64,000 nt of DNA from Gammaproteobacteria bacterium (GCA_026708965.1 JAPOTY010000015.1:642-64641); one strand, 5' to 3'. Counted from the first letter of the stretch, positions 41,409 through 52,434 are shown. Notes: a model not told the origin generated them from the sequence alone. Program-made: numbers and translations.

Positions 41409-42304
41409 GATTCCTCGCCAGCCCCAGCGGTGGGCGCGCTGCCGGTTCCGGCCGCTTCAGAGCGCAGCAACAGTACCTGGCGCACACCCTGCAGGTTTGC
41501 GGCGGGACGCACGAAAGCTTCCACAAAGGCCTGCCCCGAAGCATTGCGCACCCCTTCCACAACGCCCACGCGCAGTCCGGCGGGGAACCGCCCTCCGCTG
41601 CCCGAGCTGACCAGCACGTCGCCTTCGGCGACATCCGCATGCGTGGGCATATACGGCAGCAGCAACCTGTGATCGCGCTGGCCGGTTCCGAAGGCAATGG
41701 CCTGGAAGCCGGTGCGCTCGAACATCACCGGGATGGCGTGATTGGCGTCGCTGATCAGCAGCGCCTCCGAAGTCACTAGGTAATCGCGGGCGATCTGGCC
41801 CACCACGCCTGCGGAATCGACCACAGGCTGGCCGATAAACGCGCCCTGGCGGCTGCCGATGCTCAGGGTGACCCGGTGGCGGGAAAGATCCGGATTTCTG
41901 GGCAGGGCCCGGGCGGCAAGGTTGCTGGATCCGCGCATCGCGTCAAGCGCCAGCAGCGCGCGCAGATCCTCGTTCTCCGCTCTCAGCAGGGCCATTTGCT
42001 GGATCTCCACATCCTGATTCAGCAGGCGCGTGCGCAAAGCTTCATTCTCACGCAATAGTTGGGCTTGGTTGCGAAAGTACCCCTGGGTTGCGCTAAAGCC
42101 ACCCGCCCCCAACCGCACTGCCGCTTGAACGGGAATCCTGAGAAGCTCTCCGGCGCCCCGAAGATTCTGGATGGCCGGAACCCGGGACTCGACGATCAGC
42201 AGCGCGAAACAGGCCAGACATATGATCAGGCACTCCCCTGCAAGGATGGATCCCTTCCGCCTTCGGGAGGAATTCGGCGCGAGCGTTGCGTTCCAGTTGC
42301 GCAT
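41405..42304 (-). CDS. mreC: Rod shape-determining protein MreC
   Basis: TM, coiled coil ENEDLRALL, GVVGQI, SSGSGGRFPAG. Confidence 0.92.
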   Translation of the reverse strand: MRNWNATLAPNSSRRRKGSILAGECLIICLACFALLIVESRVPAIQNLRGAGELLRIPVQAAVRLGAGGFSATQGYFRNQAQLLRENEALRTRLLNQDVEIQQMALLRAENEDLRALLALDAMRGSSNLAARALPRNPDLSRHRVTLSIGSRQGAFIGQPVVDSAGVVGQIARDYLVTSEALLISDANHAIPVMFERTGFQAIAFGTGQRDHRLLLPYMPTHADVAEGDVLVSSGSGGRFPAGLRVGVVEGVRNASGQAFVEAFVRPAANLQGVRQVLLLRSEAAGTGSAPTAGAGEES

Positions 42305-42336
42305 GCTTCAGGCCCCTGGTGCCGTGGCACACGGCC

Positions 42337-43416
42337 CTAGCCCATGGAATCTCCCGTGCCCATTGTGAGGCCGGAACTCTCGCTCACATGGCCGATCGTG
42401 CCCTGGGTCTCCACCAAGTGTCCGCAGCCGCGCACAACGCAGGTGAGAGGATCCTCGGCCACGAACGCGGGCACCGCCGCGCGCTCGCGGATCAGCGCAT
42501 CCAGCCTCGGCAGCAGCGCGCCTCCGCCAGCGAGCACGAGTCCGCGCTCGCTGATATCGGCGCCCAACTCAGGTGGTGTGCGGGACAGAACTTCCAGCAC
42601 CGCCTGCACGATTTCCTCCAGCGTATCGTTTAAGGCATCGCGCACCTCATTGCTATTGAGGCTGAACTGGGAATGCAGGCCGCGCGACAGGCTGCGACCA
42701 TGGAGCCTGATTTCCCTGACTTCCTCTCCGGGATAGGCGCTGGCCACCTCGCGCTTGATGGCTTCCGCCTGGCTGGATCCGATCGCCATGCCGTGATTTC
42801 GCCGCACGTACTGGACGATGGCATCGTCCATGCGCGTTCCGCCTGCCTTGACCGAGCGCGCGAATACCACGCTGGACATGGACAGCACCGCCACCTCGGA
42901 CGTTCCGCCGCCAATATCCACCACCATGTTCCCGCAGGGCCGATGCACCGGCAGCCCGGCGCCGATCGCGGCCACGATAGGCTCTTCCACCACAAACACT
43001 TCGCGGGCGCCGGCATCGCGCGCCGACTCCTCAATGGCGCGCCGATCGACCGGGGTGGCCCCGTGGGGAATGCAGATCACCAGCCGGCGGACAGCGGGCC
43101 TAAAGAAACCCTGGCCCAGCGCTTTGATCATGAAATGCCTGAGCATCTGCTCGGCGACTTCGTAGTTGGCGATCACGCCGTCCTTCAGCGGCTTGACGAT
43201 CTGGAGGTCGCGCGGCGTGCGCCCAAGCATTCCGAAGGCTTCGGTGCCGATGGCGAGCACACCGCCGCCGCCGCCATTGGAGCGCAACGCGACCACCGAC
43301 GGCTCGTTGAGCACAATTCCGCGGCCGCCCACGTAAACGAGCGTGTTGGCGGTGCCGAGGTCTATGGCGAGATCAACGGCCAGTCGCTTGGCGAAACCAC
43401 GTACAACACTGCTCAT
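42337..43416 (-). CDS. mreB: Actin-like MreB (divergent)
   Basis: DLGTANT, EPSVVA, DIGGGT, PPEL..DISERG, GGGALL; first gene of mreBCD. Confidence 0.93.
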   Translation of the reverse strand: MSSVVRGFAKRLAVDLAIDLGTANTLVYVGGRGIVLNEPSVVALRSNGGGGGVLAIGTEAFGMLGRTPRDLQIVKPLKDGVIANYEVAEQMLRHFMIKALGQGFFRPAVRRLVICIPHGATPVDRRAIEESARDAGAREVFVVEEPIVAAIGAGLPVHRPCGNMVVDIGGGTSEVAVLSMSSVVFARSVKAGGTRMDDAIVQYVRRNHGMAIGSSQAEAIKREVASAYPGEEVREIRLHGRSLSRGLHSQFSLNSNEVRDALNDTLEEIVQAVLEVLSRTPPELGADISERGLVLAGGGALLPRLDALIRERAAVPAFVAEDPLTCVVRGCGHLVETQGTIGHVSESSGLTMGTGDSMG

Positions 43417-43632
43417 AGGGCCAGCAAATCCATGAGGGTGAAACCCCTTTTTTCAGTGCTGGAATCATAGCAGATCAACCAGCGATTCCGCGGCGCGCTA
43501 CAGGGATTCCGTTCATCCGGCGGCGGCGCTTGAAGTCCTTGAGCCTCCGCAGCGGAGGATCGCGTGATTGCAAGCCGAGGGCGGGAATGCGAAGATGAGC
43601 CATTACGCTGCCATACCGCCACGATTGCGAGC

Positions 43633-43965
43633 ATGAACAATCTCAAGACGCCGAAACGGTCGGAACCGGCTGCCGAATTCTCGGATGCCGAACTATTGCG
43701 GGTGGCGCGTCTTACGCGCCTGGCGCTGGACGACGGCGAGAAGCCGGCGCTGGCGGCCACCTTGCGCCGCATTATCGGCTTCGTACGTGTTCTCCAGGAA
43801 CTCGACACCGAAGGCGTGGAGCCCATGGTCCATCCGCTGGATCTCAGTCTGCCGCTGCGCGCCGACGAGGTCACCGAATCCGACCTGCGCGCGGAGGCGC
43901 AGGCCTGCGCTCCGGATGTGGCCAAGGGGCTGTACCGTGTGCCTAGGGTGATCGATCCGGCATGA
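43633..43965 (+). CDS. gatC: Asp/Glu-tRNA amidotransferase subunit C
   Basis: VARLTRL..DTEGVEPM..LRADEV..YRVPRVI; overlaps gatA. Confidence 0.93.
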   Translation: MNNLKTPKRSEPAAEFSDAELLRVARLTRLALDDGEKPALAATLRRIIGFVRVLQELDTEGVEPMVHPLDLSLPLRADEVTESDLRAEAQACAPDVAKGLYRVPRVIDPA

Positions 43966-45440
43966 TCGAGTTTTCCTTGGCCGGCCTGCGCCGCGCGCTG
44001 GATGGCGGCGAAATTTCAAGCCTGGAGCTCACCGAGGCCTGCCTGCGGCGGATTGAGGAGCGCAACCCGGCGCTCAATGCCTTTGTGACATTGTGCGCAG
44101 AGTCAGCGCTCAAGGAGGCCTCGCGGGCCGATTCCGGCAAGGCGGCCGGCGGGCCGCTGGCCGGCATTCCGATTGCCCACAAGGATATCTTCTGCACCCG
44201 CGGCCTGCGCACCACGGCGGGATCGCGGATTCTCGACAACTTCGCGCCGCCGTATGACGCCGCGGTGGTCGAGCGCCTGGCGCAGGCGGGCGCCTTTCCC
44301 ATCGGCAAGACGAATATGGACGAATTCGCCATGGGATCGTCCAGCGAGACCAGCTACTACGGGCCGGTGCTCAACCCTTGGGATCTTTCCCGCTCGCCGG
44401 GAGGCTCGTCCGGCGGATCGGCCGCGGCGGTGGCGGCCGGGCTGGTTCCCGCCGCCACCGGCACCGACACCGGCGGGTCGGTGCGCCAACCCGCGGCGCT
44501 ATGCGGAATTACCGGCTTCAGACCCAGCTACGGGCGCGTGTCCCGCTACGGAATGATCGCCTTCGCCTCCAGCCTCGACCAGGCCGGATCGCTGACACGC
44601 ACCGCCGAAGATGCCGCGTTGCTGCTCGACAGCATGGCCGGCCACGATCCACGCGATTCCACCTGCGCCCGGCGGCCTGGCGAGCGCTACTCGGCCGCCC
44701 TGATCCCAATGGGCGCCCGGGCGCTTGAAGGCGTGCGCATTGGCGTGGTGAAGGAATTCATCAGCGAGGGCCTGGACCCCCGCTGCCAGCAGGTATTCTC
44801 CGATAACATGGCCACGCTGCGCGGCCTAGGCGCGGCGGTGAGCGAGGTGTCGCTGCCGCGGCTGCCGCTATCGGCGGCGGTGTACTACGTGGTGGCGCCG
44901 GCGGAGTGCTCGTCCAATCTGGCGCGTTTCGACGGGGTGCGCTTCGGATTGCGCGAAGCCGGCGCCGACAGCTTGGAGGCGCTGTACACGCAAACCCGGC
45001 GCGCCGGGTTCGGCGAGGAGGTGCGGCGGCGCATCCTGGTGGGCGGCTGGGTATTGTCCAAAGGCTATTTCGATGCCTACTACCTCAAGGCGCAGCGGGC
45101 GCGGCGGCTGCTGGCGGACGATTTCGCGCGGGCCTTCGAGAGCGTGGACCTGCTCGCTGGCCCCACCACGCCGGCGCCGGCATTCGCGATCGGCGAAAAG
45201 ATCGACGACCCTATACAGATGTACCTCAACGATGTGTACACGATCGGCGCCGCCTTGGCCGGGCTGCCCTGCATATCGATTCCCGCCGGCGCGGTGGCGG
45301 GGCTGCCGGTGGGGCTGCAATTGATGGGCCGCCCGTTTGCCGAAGCCGAGGTGCTGCGCTGCGCCCACGCCTATCAACTGGAAACCGACTGGCACCGCCT
45401 GTGGCCGCCCGGAACCGCAGCGCCTTTCGGCACGGCGTAG
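43962..45440 (+). CDS. gatA: Asp/Glu-tRNA amidotransferase subunit A
   Basis: GKTNMDEFAMGSS, PGGSSGGS, GTDTGGSVRQP, SSNLARFDG. Confidence 0.97.
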   Translation: MIEFSLAGLRRALDGGEISSLELTEACLRRIEERNPALNAFVTLCAESALKEASRADSGKAAGGPLAGIPIAHKDIFCTRGLRTTAGSRILDNFAPPYDAAVVERLAQAGAFPIGKTNMDEFAMGSSSETSYYGPVLNPWDLSRSPGGSSGGSAAAVAAGLVPAATGTDTGGSVRQPAALCGITGFRPSYGRVSRYGMIAFASSLDQAGSLTRTAEDAALLLDSMAGHDPRDSTCARRPGERYSAALIPMGARALEGVRIGVVKEFISEGLDPRCQQVFSDNMATLRGLGAAVSEVSLPRLPLSAAVYYVVAPAECSSNLARFDGVRFGLREAGADSLEALYTQTRRAGFGEEVRRRILVGGWVLSKGYFDAYYLKAQRARRLLADDFARAFESVDLLAGPTTPAPAFAIGEKIDDPIQMYLNDVYTIGAALAGLPCISIPAGAVAGLPVGLQLMGRPFAEAEVLRCAHAYQLETDWHRLWPPGTAAPFGTA

Positions 45441-45449
45441 GGCGCAAGC

Positions 45450-46877
45450 ATGAACCTGGAAGTTGTCATCGGGCTTGAGATCCATGTCCAGCTGGCCACC
45501 CGCAGCAAGATATTCTCCGGCGCCTCAACGATTTTCGGATCGGCTCCCAATACCCAGGCCTGCCTGGTTGATCTCGGCTTTCCCGGCACCCTTCCGGTGG
45601 CCAATCGCGAAGCCGTGGCGATGGCCGCGAAGTTCGGCTTGGCTGCGGGCGGGCAGGTGGCGGAGCATTCCGTTTTCGCGCGCAAGAACTACTTCTATCC
45701 GGACCTGCCCAAGGGCTACCAGATTTCCCAGTACGAGCTGCCCATCGTGAGCGGAGGGGCGGTGGAGGTGGCCGTGCCGGGGCAGCCGCCGCGCGCCATC
45801 GAGCTGACCCGCGCCCACTTGGAGGAGGATGCCGGAAAATCGCTGCACGATGCCCTGCCGAACGCCACCGGGGTGGATCTGAACCGCGCCGGGGCGCCGC
45901 TTCTCGAAATCGTGACCGAGCCGCAACTGCATTCTCCGGAGGAGGCCGGCGCGTGCATGCGCAGCATCCACCAGCTGGTCACCTGGATCGGCATCTCCGA
46001 CGGCGCGATGGAGGAGGGATCGATGCGCTGCGATGCCAATATTTCCTTGAAAAATCCGAATGATCCGCAGCTAGGCACCCGCACGGAAATCAAAAATCTC
46101 AACTCCTTCCGCTTCGTGGAGCGCGCCCTGCGCTGCGAAATCCGCCGGCAGGGCGAGGTGCTGCGCGGCGGCGGAACCGTTATCCAGGAAACCCGCCTTT
46201 ACGATGCCAAGCTCGATGCCACCCGCCCCATGCGCGACAAGGAGGAGGCCAACGACTACCGCTACTTCCCGGATCCGGACCTGCCGCCGCTGGTGCTCGA
46301 AGACAGTTTTTTGGAAGCGCTGCGCCGCGCGCTGCCGGAACTCCCGGCGGCGCGCCGGGAACGGTTCGAGGCCGATTACGGGCTGAGCGCCGAGGATGCC
46401 CGCCGCCTCTGCGAAAATCGGGCCACCGCCGATTACTTCGAGGCGGCCGGGCAGGCCTGCGGCGACATGATGCTGGCGGCGCGCTGGGTGACCGGCGATT
46501 TGGCCGCCGCGCTGAACCGGGACGCGCTCGATATTTCCGCCAGCCGGGTCGGCGCCGGCGAACTGGGGGTGCTGCTTGCCCGGCTGCGCGAGGGGGTGCT
46601 GTCCGGGAAGCTCGGCAAGGAAGTGTTCCAGGCCATGTGGGCCGGCCAAGGCGGGGCCGACGATATCATCGCCGCCCGCGGCCTGAAGCAGATTTCGGAC
46701 ACAGGCGCCTTGGAAGGCATCGTGGACGATATCCTGGCGAGCCATTCCGATCAGGTGAGCCAGTACCGCGAAGGCAATACGCGCGTTTTCGGGTTTTTCG
46801 TGGGTCAAGTGATGCGCGCCACCCAAGGCCGGGCCAACCCCGCGATCGTCAACGAGCTGCTCCGCAAGCGGCTGTAG
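45450..46877 (+). CDS. gatB: Asp/Glu-tRNA amidotransferase subunit B
   Basis: [36 protein letters not shown]. Confidence 0.98.
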   Translation: MNLEVVIGLEIHVQLATRSKIFSGASTIFGSAPNTQACLVDLGFPGTLPVANREAVAMAAKFGLAAGGQVAEHSVFARKNYFYPDLPKGYQISQYELPIVSGGAVEVAVPGQPPRAIELTRAHLEEDAGKSLHDALPNATGVDLNRAGAPLLEIVTEPQLHSPEEAGACMRSIHQLVTWIGISDGAMEEGSMRCDANISLKNPNDPQLGTRTEIKNLNSFRFVERALRCEIRRQGEVLRGGGTVIQETRLYDAKLDATRPMRDKEEANDYRYFPDPDLPPLVLEDSFLEALRRALPELPAARRERFEADYGLSAEDARRLCENRATADYFEAAGQACGDMMLAARWVTGDLAAALNRDALDISASRVGAGELGVLLARLREGVLSGKLGKEVFQAMWAGQGGADDIIAARGLKQISDTGALEGIVDDILASHSDQVSQYREGNTRVFGFFVGQVMRATQGRANPAIVNELLRKRL

Positions 46878-46881
46878 CGCC

Positions 46882-47586
46882 ATGAGTTCTTGCGCCATCC
46901 GCACCCGTGAAGTCACTCGGACCTACCGGATGGGCGCGGATACCGTGGCGGCCCTTCGCAATGTCAGCCTTGCGGTGAAAACCAACGAGTATCTGGCCGT
47001 CACCGGCCCGTCCGGCTCGGGCAAATCGACGCTGATGAATCTGCTCGGCTGCCTGGAAACGCCCAGCTCCGGGGACTACTGGCTGAACGGGGCGCGCGTA
47101 TCGGGCATGAGTTCCCGCGAACTGGCCAGGGTGCGCAACCGTCAGGTGGGATTCGTGTTCCAAACCTTCAACCTGCTGGAGCGGTGCAACGCGCTCAAGA
47201 ATGTCGAAGCCCCGCTGATCTACGCCCGCATGCGCCGCCGCGAACGGCTGAAACGGGCAGCGGCGGCGCTGGAGCGGGTGGGGCTGTCGCATCGCTTAGG
47301 GCACCGCCCTGCCCAGCTTTCCGGCGGCCAGCGCCAGAGAGTGGCCATCGCCCGGGCGCTGGTCACCCGGCCGAGCATCGTGCTGGCCGACGAGCCCACG
47401 GGCAATCTCGATTCCGCCACCGGGGAAGAGGTCCTGGCCTTGTTCGATTCATTGCATGCAGACGGGCACACGCTCATCGTGGTCACGCACGATGCCGAAA
47501 TCGCAGCCCGGGCCGGCCGCAGAATCGAGATGCTGGACGGTCGCGTAACGACGGACACTGCCGCCGCAGCGCAAGCCCATGCGTAA
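46882..47586 (+). CDS. ABC transporter ATP-binding protein (MacB/LolD-like)
   Basis: [31 protein letters not shown]. Confidence 0.94.
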   Translation: MSSCAIRTREVTRTYRMGADTVAALRNVSLAVKTNEYLAVTGPSGSGKSTLMNLLGCLETPSSGDYWLNGARVSGMSSRELARVRNRQVGFVFQTFNLLERCNALKNVEAPLIYARMRRRERLKRAAAALERVGLSHRLGHRPAQLSGGQRQRVAIARALVTRPSIVLADEPTGNLDSATGEEVLALFDSLHADGHTLIVVTHDAEIAARAGRRIEMLDGRVTTDTAAAAQAHA

Positions 47587-47676
47587 TTCTCCGACCCGCA
47601 TCCAAGCCAGCCTCGCTCGCCGGATAGCAGCGCCCCCCGGCCACGCCTCCCAGTCCTTTCCTAGCGCTTTGATCCC

Positions 47677-47781
47677 GCCTGTTCTTGTCCCTTCCTTCCG
47701 GGAGACGCATGGACCATCCATGGGCTTGGTTCCGCCATCCCTGGCTCCACATACTCCCGGAAGGAAGGGACAAGAACAGGC
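47677..47781. repeat. Palindromic mini-element copy B (28-bp perfect inverted arms)
   Basis: Arms 47677-47704 and 47754-47781; core acgcatggaccatccatgggcttgg matches the reverse complement of the copy A core. Confidence 0.9.
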
Positions 47782-47818
47782 TACGGGGGCGCGTGAAGCC
47801 GACAAGCGCGACATCGGC

Positions 47819-49198
47819 GTGAGCCCTTTCTCCGCCCCTTTCCCGCAGGAGTGGCGGCGTGGGTGCGCGGCTTTCGGGCTGATGCTGGCGCTGGCCGGCT
47901 GCGCGGAAGCCCCGGCGCCCGCTCTCCAAGCCTACGACCAAGCCCCGGTGGAGCGGCGCGATATCCAGGTTTTCGTGGAAGCCGCAGGCGTGGTGGAGCC
48001 GCTGCGCACGGTGGAGCTGAAATCCAAGGCCTCCGGCGAGATCCTCTCCATCAACGCCGAGAACGGCGACCAAGTGGAGCGCTCCACCCTGCTGGTGAGG
48101 ATCGACAAGCGCATTCCCACCAATAATCTGGCGCAGGCGGAGGCAGCGCTCAAAGCGGCCGAATCGCGGCGCTCCATCGCGCAGTCGCAAATGGAGCGCG
48201 CCGAGACGCTGGTGCGCGACAACACCATCACCGACAGCGAATACGAGGAAACGGCGCTGGCTCTGTCGGAAAGCGAAGCGCAGCGGGTGCGCGCCCGCGT
48301 GGAGGTGGAGAACGCGCGCATCGCGCTGGGCGATACCGACGTGCTAGCGCCCATCGACGGCACCATTATCGAGCGCAACGCGGAGCCGGGCCAAGTGATT
48401 TCGTCGCCTACCCAGGATGTGGGCGGCGGCACGCTGCTGCTCAAAATGGCCGATCTGCGCCGCGTGCTGGTGCGCGCCCGGGTGGACGAAACCGATATCG
48501 GCAAGATCAGCGCCGGCATGCAGGCGAACGTAAGCGTGGCGGCGTATCCGGGGCGCGATTTCGGCGGCCAGGTCGATAAGATCGAGCCGCTGGCGGTGGT
48601 GGAGCAGAACGTGACGCTGTTCTCGGTGCTGATCCTGCTCGATAATCCTGATTCCCTGCTGCTTCCGGGAATGAACGCCGAGGTGGAAATCAAGATTGCG
48701 GAGGAATTGCAGGCGCCGGCGGTGCCCACGGCGGCGCTGCGCACCCTGGATGATATCGCCGCCACGGCCGACATGCTGAACTGGCCGCGCGACGACCTGC
48801 TCGATGCGGTGGTCAATCAGCGTGCTACCGCAGGCGGCGGCGGTTCAACGCGCGGCGCGGCATCGGCGCCTGCCGCGCGGGACGGCGGCGCACGCCGCAT
48901 GCCGAACGCATCGCGGAGGCGTCCCGGGCCCGGCAGGGCGCCGCGCCGCCCGCCGCGCGATTCGAATCACGGCTACGATTTTCGCGCCGATTACTGGGTG
49001 CTGGTCATGCGCGACCTAGGGCCGGAGCCGGTATGGGTGCGAACAGGGATGAGCGATTTCGAATACTCCGTTGTGCTGGCAGGTTTGCAGGAGAGCGAAC
49101 AAGTGCTGCTGCTGCCCAGCACCGGACTCTACCAATCGCAATCCACCCTCCGCGACTGGATGCGCCGCCGCGCCGGCGGACTCCCCGGCATCGGCTAG
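47819..49198 (+). CDS. Efflux periplasmic adaptor lipoprotein (MacA-like)
   Basis: Lipobox LAGC, ELKSKASG, APIDGTI, VDETDIG, LLPGMNA; start inferred downstream of the palindrome. Confidence 0.88.
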   Translation: MSPFSAPFPQEWRRGCAAFGLMLALAGCAEAPAPALQAYDQAPVERRDIQVFVEAAGVVEPLRTVELKSKASGEILSINAENGDQVERSTLLVRIDKRIPTNNLAQAEAALKAAESRRSIAQSQMERAETLVRDNTITDSEYEETALALSESEAQRVRARVEVENARIALGDTDVLAPIDGTIIERNAEPGQVISSPTQDVGGGTLLLKMADLRRVLVRARVDETDIGKISAGMQANVSVAAYPGRDFGGQVDKIEPLAVVEQNVTLFSVLILLDNPDSLLLPGMNAEVEIKIAEELQAPAVPTAALRTLDDIAATADMLNWPRDDLLDAVVNQRATAGGGGSTRGAASAPAARDGGARRMPNASRRRPGPGRAPRRPPRDSNHGYDFRADYWVLVMRDLGPEPVWVRTGMSDFEYSVVLAGLQESEQVLLLPSTGLYQSQSTLRDWMRRRAGGLPGIG

Positions 49199-49221
49199 CC
49201 ATTAAGGCGATCGGATTCAGG

Positions 49222-50742
49222 CTAAAGGCGTTCGAGGATTTCGAGCGCGGCGCGCTCGGCGGACTCCATCGCGCCCTCCATGCCCCGATTCAATTGCGCG
49301 GTGTGCTCGCCGGCGAAATGAATGCGGCCATGCGGCTCGGCAATGGTGGAGGCAAAGGCCGTGATCTGCCCGGGCTTCCAGTAGGCGTAGGCGCCGCCGG
49401 CATACGGATTATTTGACCACTTCCACAGATAGACAGGGTCCAGCGCGTCTTTGAGAGAGGGACGCAGCCGAAACAGCTCGGAGGTGACCTCGGCAATGGC
49501 GGCCGCCTCGTCCATGCGCGCCAGCTTGAGCGCGGAATGACCATTCACATAAGCCAGGCAACTGGTCACCGCGTCGGGGCTGCCGGGGTCGTTCCTCAGC
49601 GCCATGAAGCGCCCGGGCAGAGCATCCGTCCACATGCTGGGCGGCAGGCCGTCCTGCTCCCAATAGGGTTTTCTGACCGCGTAGTGGATTTGCGTGCAGG
49701 GCGTATAGCCCAGCTCATCGATCGCGGCCTGCTGCGCGGGCGGCGGCCGAGGATCGACTGCAATTCTCCGCAGGGCCGAAAAAGGCATGGCGACAAGCGC
49801 GCGCGCCGCATGCAGCCGGCGTCCGTCCGCTAGACTGATCCGCACCCGGGCACCCTCGTCGGCAATGGCCGCAACGGGGCTGTTAAGGAGCGCATCGCCC
49901 GTCAAATGACGCGCCATCGCTTCCGGAATCCGCTGATTCCCTCCTATGGCCGCACCCCCTGCATCCGGCCAGTTGATCTGGTGAATGATGAAACTGATCG
50001 TGTGGAACATCATCAGGATGGACAGGTCGTTATGGTCGGTGCCGTAACCCGAATTAAGCCCCGCGCCCAGCTCGATTCCGGCCCGCGCCAGACCGGCCTC
50101 GGCAAGCACTTCGCCAACCGGCCGGTCCCATTCGGAGAACTCAGGACGCCGCCAGGCGCCCAGGTCTGAATCCGGAAACGGGTTGAGCTCGGCATAAAGC
50201 CGGTAGGGAGGGCGCCACGGCGGCATTTGCCGGGCCCAGTCCTGCCGATATGGATTCAGGGCATGGCCGGGCCAGTCGTGCTCGGTAATCAGTTGCCCCT
50301 GGATGCAAAACAGCATCTCCCCTTCGCGGGGCTCGGTGCGCGGACGCATCGGCCCGATTTCGACGCCGTGCCGCCTAGCCGCGTCCAGCAGCCGCGCATA
50401 GCCGCCGCCGGCCGCGTTTGCGCCCAGCTCCGGATGCCCGGGAACGAGATCGTCGGCAACGGTATGGAGCCGGCCGCCGACCCTCGAGGTGGCTTCCACC
50501 ACCATCACGCTCACGCCGACCTCTTCAAGCAGCAGCGCCGCGTGCAGCCCCGCCAGCCCGGCCCCGATCACGGCCACTTCCGCATCAAGGCCGCTGGCCG
50601 GCGCGCCACGCCCGGCGCGGGGCAGCATCCAGGAACCGGCCAGCGCGGCGCCGCCGGCGATGAGCCGCCGCCGGGTTGAGCGTGCGATCCTCCCGCGCGC
50701 CGCCCTGTTCGGCTTGCTGGCGGTCGAATCACCGCCCGTCAT
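49222..50742 (-). CDS. Tat-exported flavin monoamine oxidase family protein
   Basis: TRRRLI Tat motif, GAGLAG, RVGGR, FAGEHT..GMEGAMES. Confidence 0.9.
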   Translation of the reverse strand: MTGGDSTASKPNRAARGRIARSTRRRLIAGGAALAGSWMLPRAGRGAPASGLDAEVAVIGAGLAGLHAALLLEEVGVSVMVVEATSRVGGRLHTVADDLVPGHPELGANAAGGGYARLLDAARRHGVEIGPMRPRTEPREGEMLFCIQGQLITEHDWPGHALNPYRQDWARQMPPWRPPYRLYAELNPFPDSDLGAWRRPEFSEWDRPVGEVLAEAGLARAGIELGAGLNSGYGTDHNDLSILMMFHTISFIIHQINWPDAGGAAIGGNQRIPEAMARHLTGDALLNSPVAAIADEGARVRISLADGRRLHAARALVAMPFSALRRIAVDPRPPPAQQAAIDELGYTPCTQIHYAVRKPYWEQDGLPPSMWTDALPGRFMALRNDPGSPDAVTSCLAYVNGHSALKLARMDEAAAIAEVTSELFRLRPSLKDALDPVYLWKWSNNPYAGGAYAYWKPGQITAFASTIAEPHGRIHFAGEHTAQLNRGMEGAMESAERAALEILERL

Positions 50743-50928
50743 CTTGCAATTCCCATGTTCTTGCCTCCCGTCCGGATTGCCGCCGGAACCCGCAAAAAGC
50801 GCTTATCAGAACCGTGCAAAGAATCTAGCACAGCCGCAAGGAGCGCAAAGCGCAAACGCGGCTGCAGGGCTGAGGCGGGAGCACTCCGTTATAGTGCTTG
50901 CACGATTGCTCCATGCAGGGGAAGCCCT

Positions 50929-52434
50929 ATGCTCGATCCATCTTCGTCGCCGCAGGGCGCGGGACCGTCCACAGGAACCCGGCGATATTCCCGCCGGCGC
51001 CTGTTGGGCTACGGCGCGAGCGCGATGGCGCTGGCGGGACTGCCTGGCTTGGCCCGCGCCGTTACGAATTACAAGGGCCTGGATGTGATCGTTGTGGGCG
51101 CCGGCCTGTCCGGCCTGCATGCGGCCTGCCTTCTGCAGGAACAGGGGCTCAACGTGCTCACGCTCGAGGGCCGAAACCGGATCGGCGGGCGCGTTTACAC
51201 GCTCATGGACGTGCCGGGACGGCCGGAGGCCGGCGGCGAATGGATGGGCGCCAACTACGCCCGCATGATCGACACGGCCCGCCGGCTGGGCTTGGAAATG
51301 CTGGGGCCGGATGAGGTATCGGATATCAGGGAATGGTGCTACCGAATCCGGGGCGAATACATCCTCGCCGCGGACTGGCCGGATCACCCGCTCAACCCGA
51401 TGCAGGGGGACGACCGGCAGGTTCTGCCAAACCGCATGCTGTTTACGCTGTCGCATAAGAACAACCCGCTCTCGGGCCAGCCCCTGGATGCCTGGATCAG
51501 GCCGGAATTCGCCCGGTTCGATATTCCCCAAACGCAATATCTGAAGGAATACCTCGGTTTCAACGAGGAAACGATCCGCCTGATGAACGTGGTTATTCAT
51601 ACCGACCACATGGACAACACCTCGGCCCTTCACGAGATGCGCCGCTACGCGGTGGGCGAATTCAGCGCCCGGCTGGCCGAGTCCAGGCCCGATCTGCCCG
51701 CCTGGAGACAAATCAAGGGCGGCAACTCACGACTTCCGGAGGCCATGGCCGCGTCTTTGGAAAACCCGGTCGAACTGAACAAGACGGTGTACGCTTTCGA
51801 GGACAGCGGCGGCGAGGTCACGGCGCATTGCATGGACGGCACCCGCTACACCGCCCGGCAGGTGATCTGCTCCATGCCCTATCCGGTGCTGCGCAAGGTC
51901 AAGTTCGCGCCTCGCCTGCCCCAGCGGATGGAGCGGGCGATCGAAGAAATCGATTACGGCACTTCGATACAGGTGCATTTTTTGCTTAGGAAGCGCTTCT
52001 GGGAGATCGACGAGATGCCGGCCAGCATGTGGACCGACGAGCCGTTCGAGCGATTCGGCGTGCATCGCCGGGGGCCGAACGGCGAAGCCACCTCGGCGGT
52101 AGCCTTCATCAACGGCAATGAAGCCTACAAGTACGACTTGATGAATGACGAGCAGGTCGTTGAGTTCACCGTGCGGGCACTCGAGCGGGCGCGGCCGTCG
52201 CTCAAAGGGGCGCTTGAGCCGATTGGGATCCAGTCCTGCCACCGGGAAGTCCACGGCGGCGGCGACTGGGTGTTCTGGCGGCCCGGACAGGTTGGGCGGT
52301 TCGCCGGCCAGATGCGCGAAGCCCACGGCAATATCCATTTCGCCGGCGAGCATACGGCGCTGCTGGAGCGCGGCATGGAAGGCGCTTTCGAGTCGGGCGA
52401 GCGCGCCGCCGTGGATGCGCTGCTGCGGGTCTGA
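50929..52434 (+). CDS. Tat-exported flavin monoamine oxidase family protein
   Basis: SRRRLL Tat motif, GAGLSG, RIGGR, FAGEHT..GMEGAFESG. Confidence 0.9.
   Translation: MLDPSSSPQGAGPSTGTRRYSRRRLLGYGASAMALAGLPGLARAVTNYKGLDVIVVGAGLSGLHAACLLQEQGLNVLTLEGRNRIGGRVYTLMDVPGRPEAGGEWMGANYARMIDTARRLGLEMLGPDEVSDIREWCYRIRGEYILAADWPDHPLNPMQGDDRQVLPNRMLFTLSHKNNPLSGQPLDAWIRPEFARFDIPQTQYLKEYLGFNEETIRLMNVVIHTDHMDNTSALHEMRRYAVGEFSARLAESRPDLPAWRQIKGGNSRLPEAMAASLENPVELNKTVYAFEDSGGEVTAHCMDGTRYTARQVICSMPYPVLRKVKFAPRLPQRMERAIEEIDYGTSIQVHFLLRKRFWEIDEMPASMWTDEPFERFGVHRRGPNGEATSAVAFINGNEAYKYDLMNDEQVVEFTVRALERARPSLKGALEPIGIQSCHREVHGGGDWVFWRPGQVGRFAGQMREAHGNIHFAGEHTALLERGMEGAFESGERAAVDALLRV

Noticed and set aside
39051-41672. 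873-aa plus-strand ORF
   Set aside because: Antisense shadow of mrdA/mreD/mreC; no recognisable domain.
47579-47818. Long N-terminal extension of the adaptor ORF (likewise 24570-24713 for the VOC gene)
   Set aside because: These frames run through the palindromic elements; the signal peptide and domain start lie downstream.
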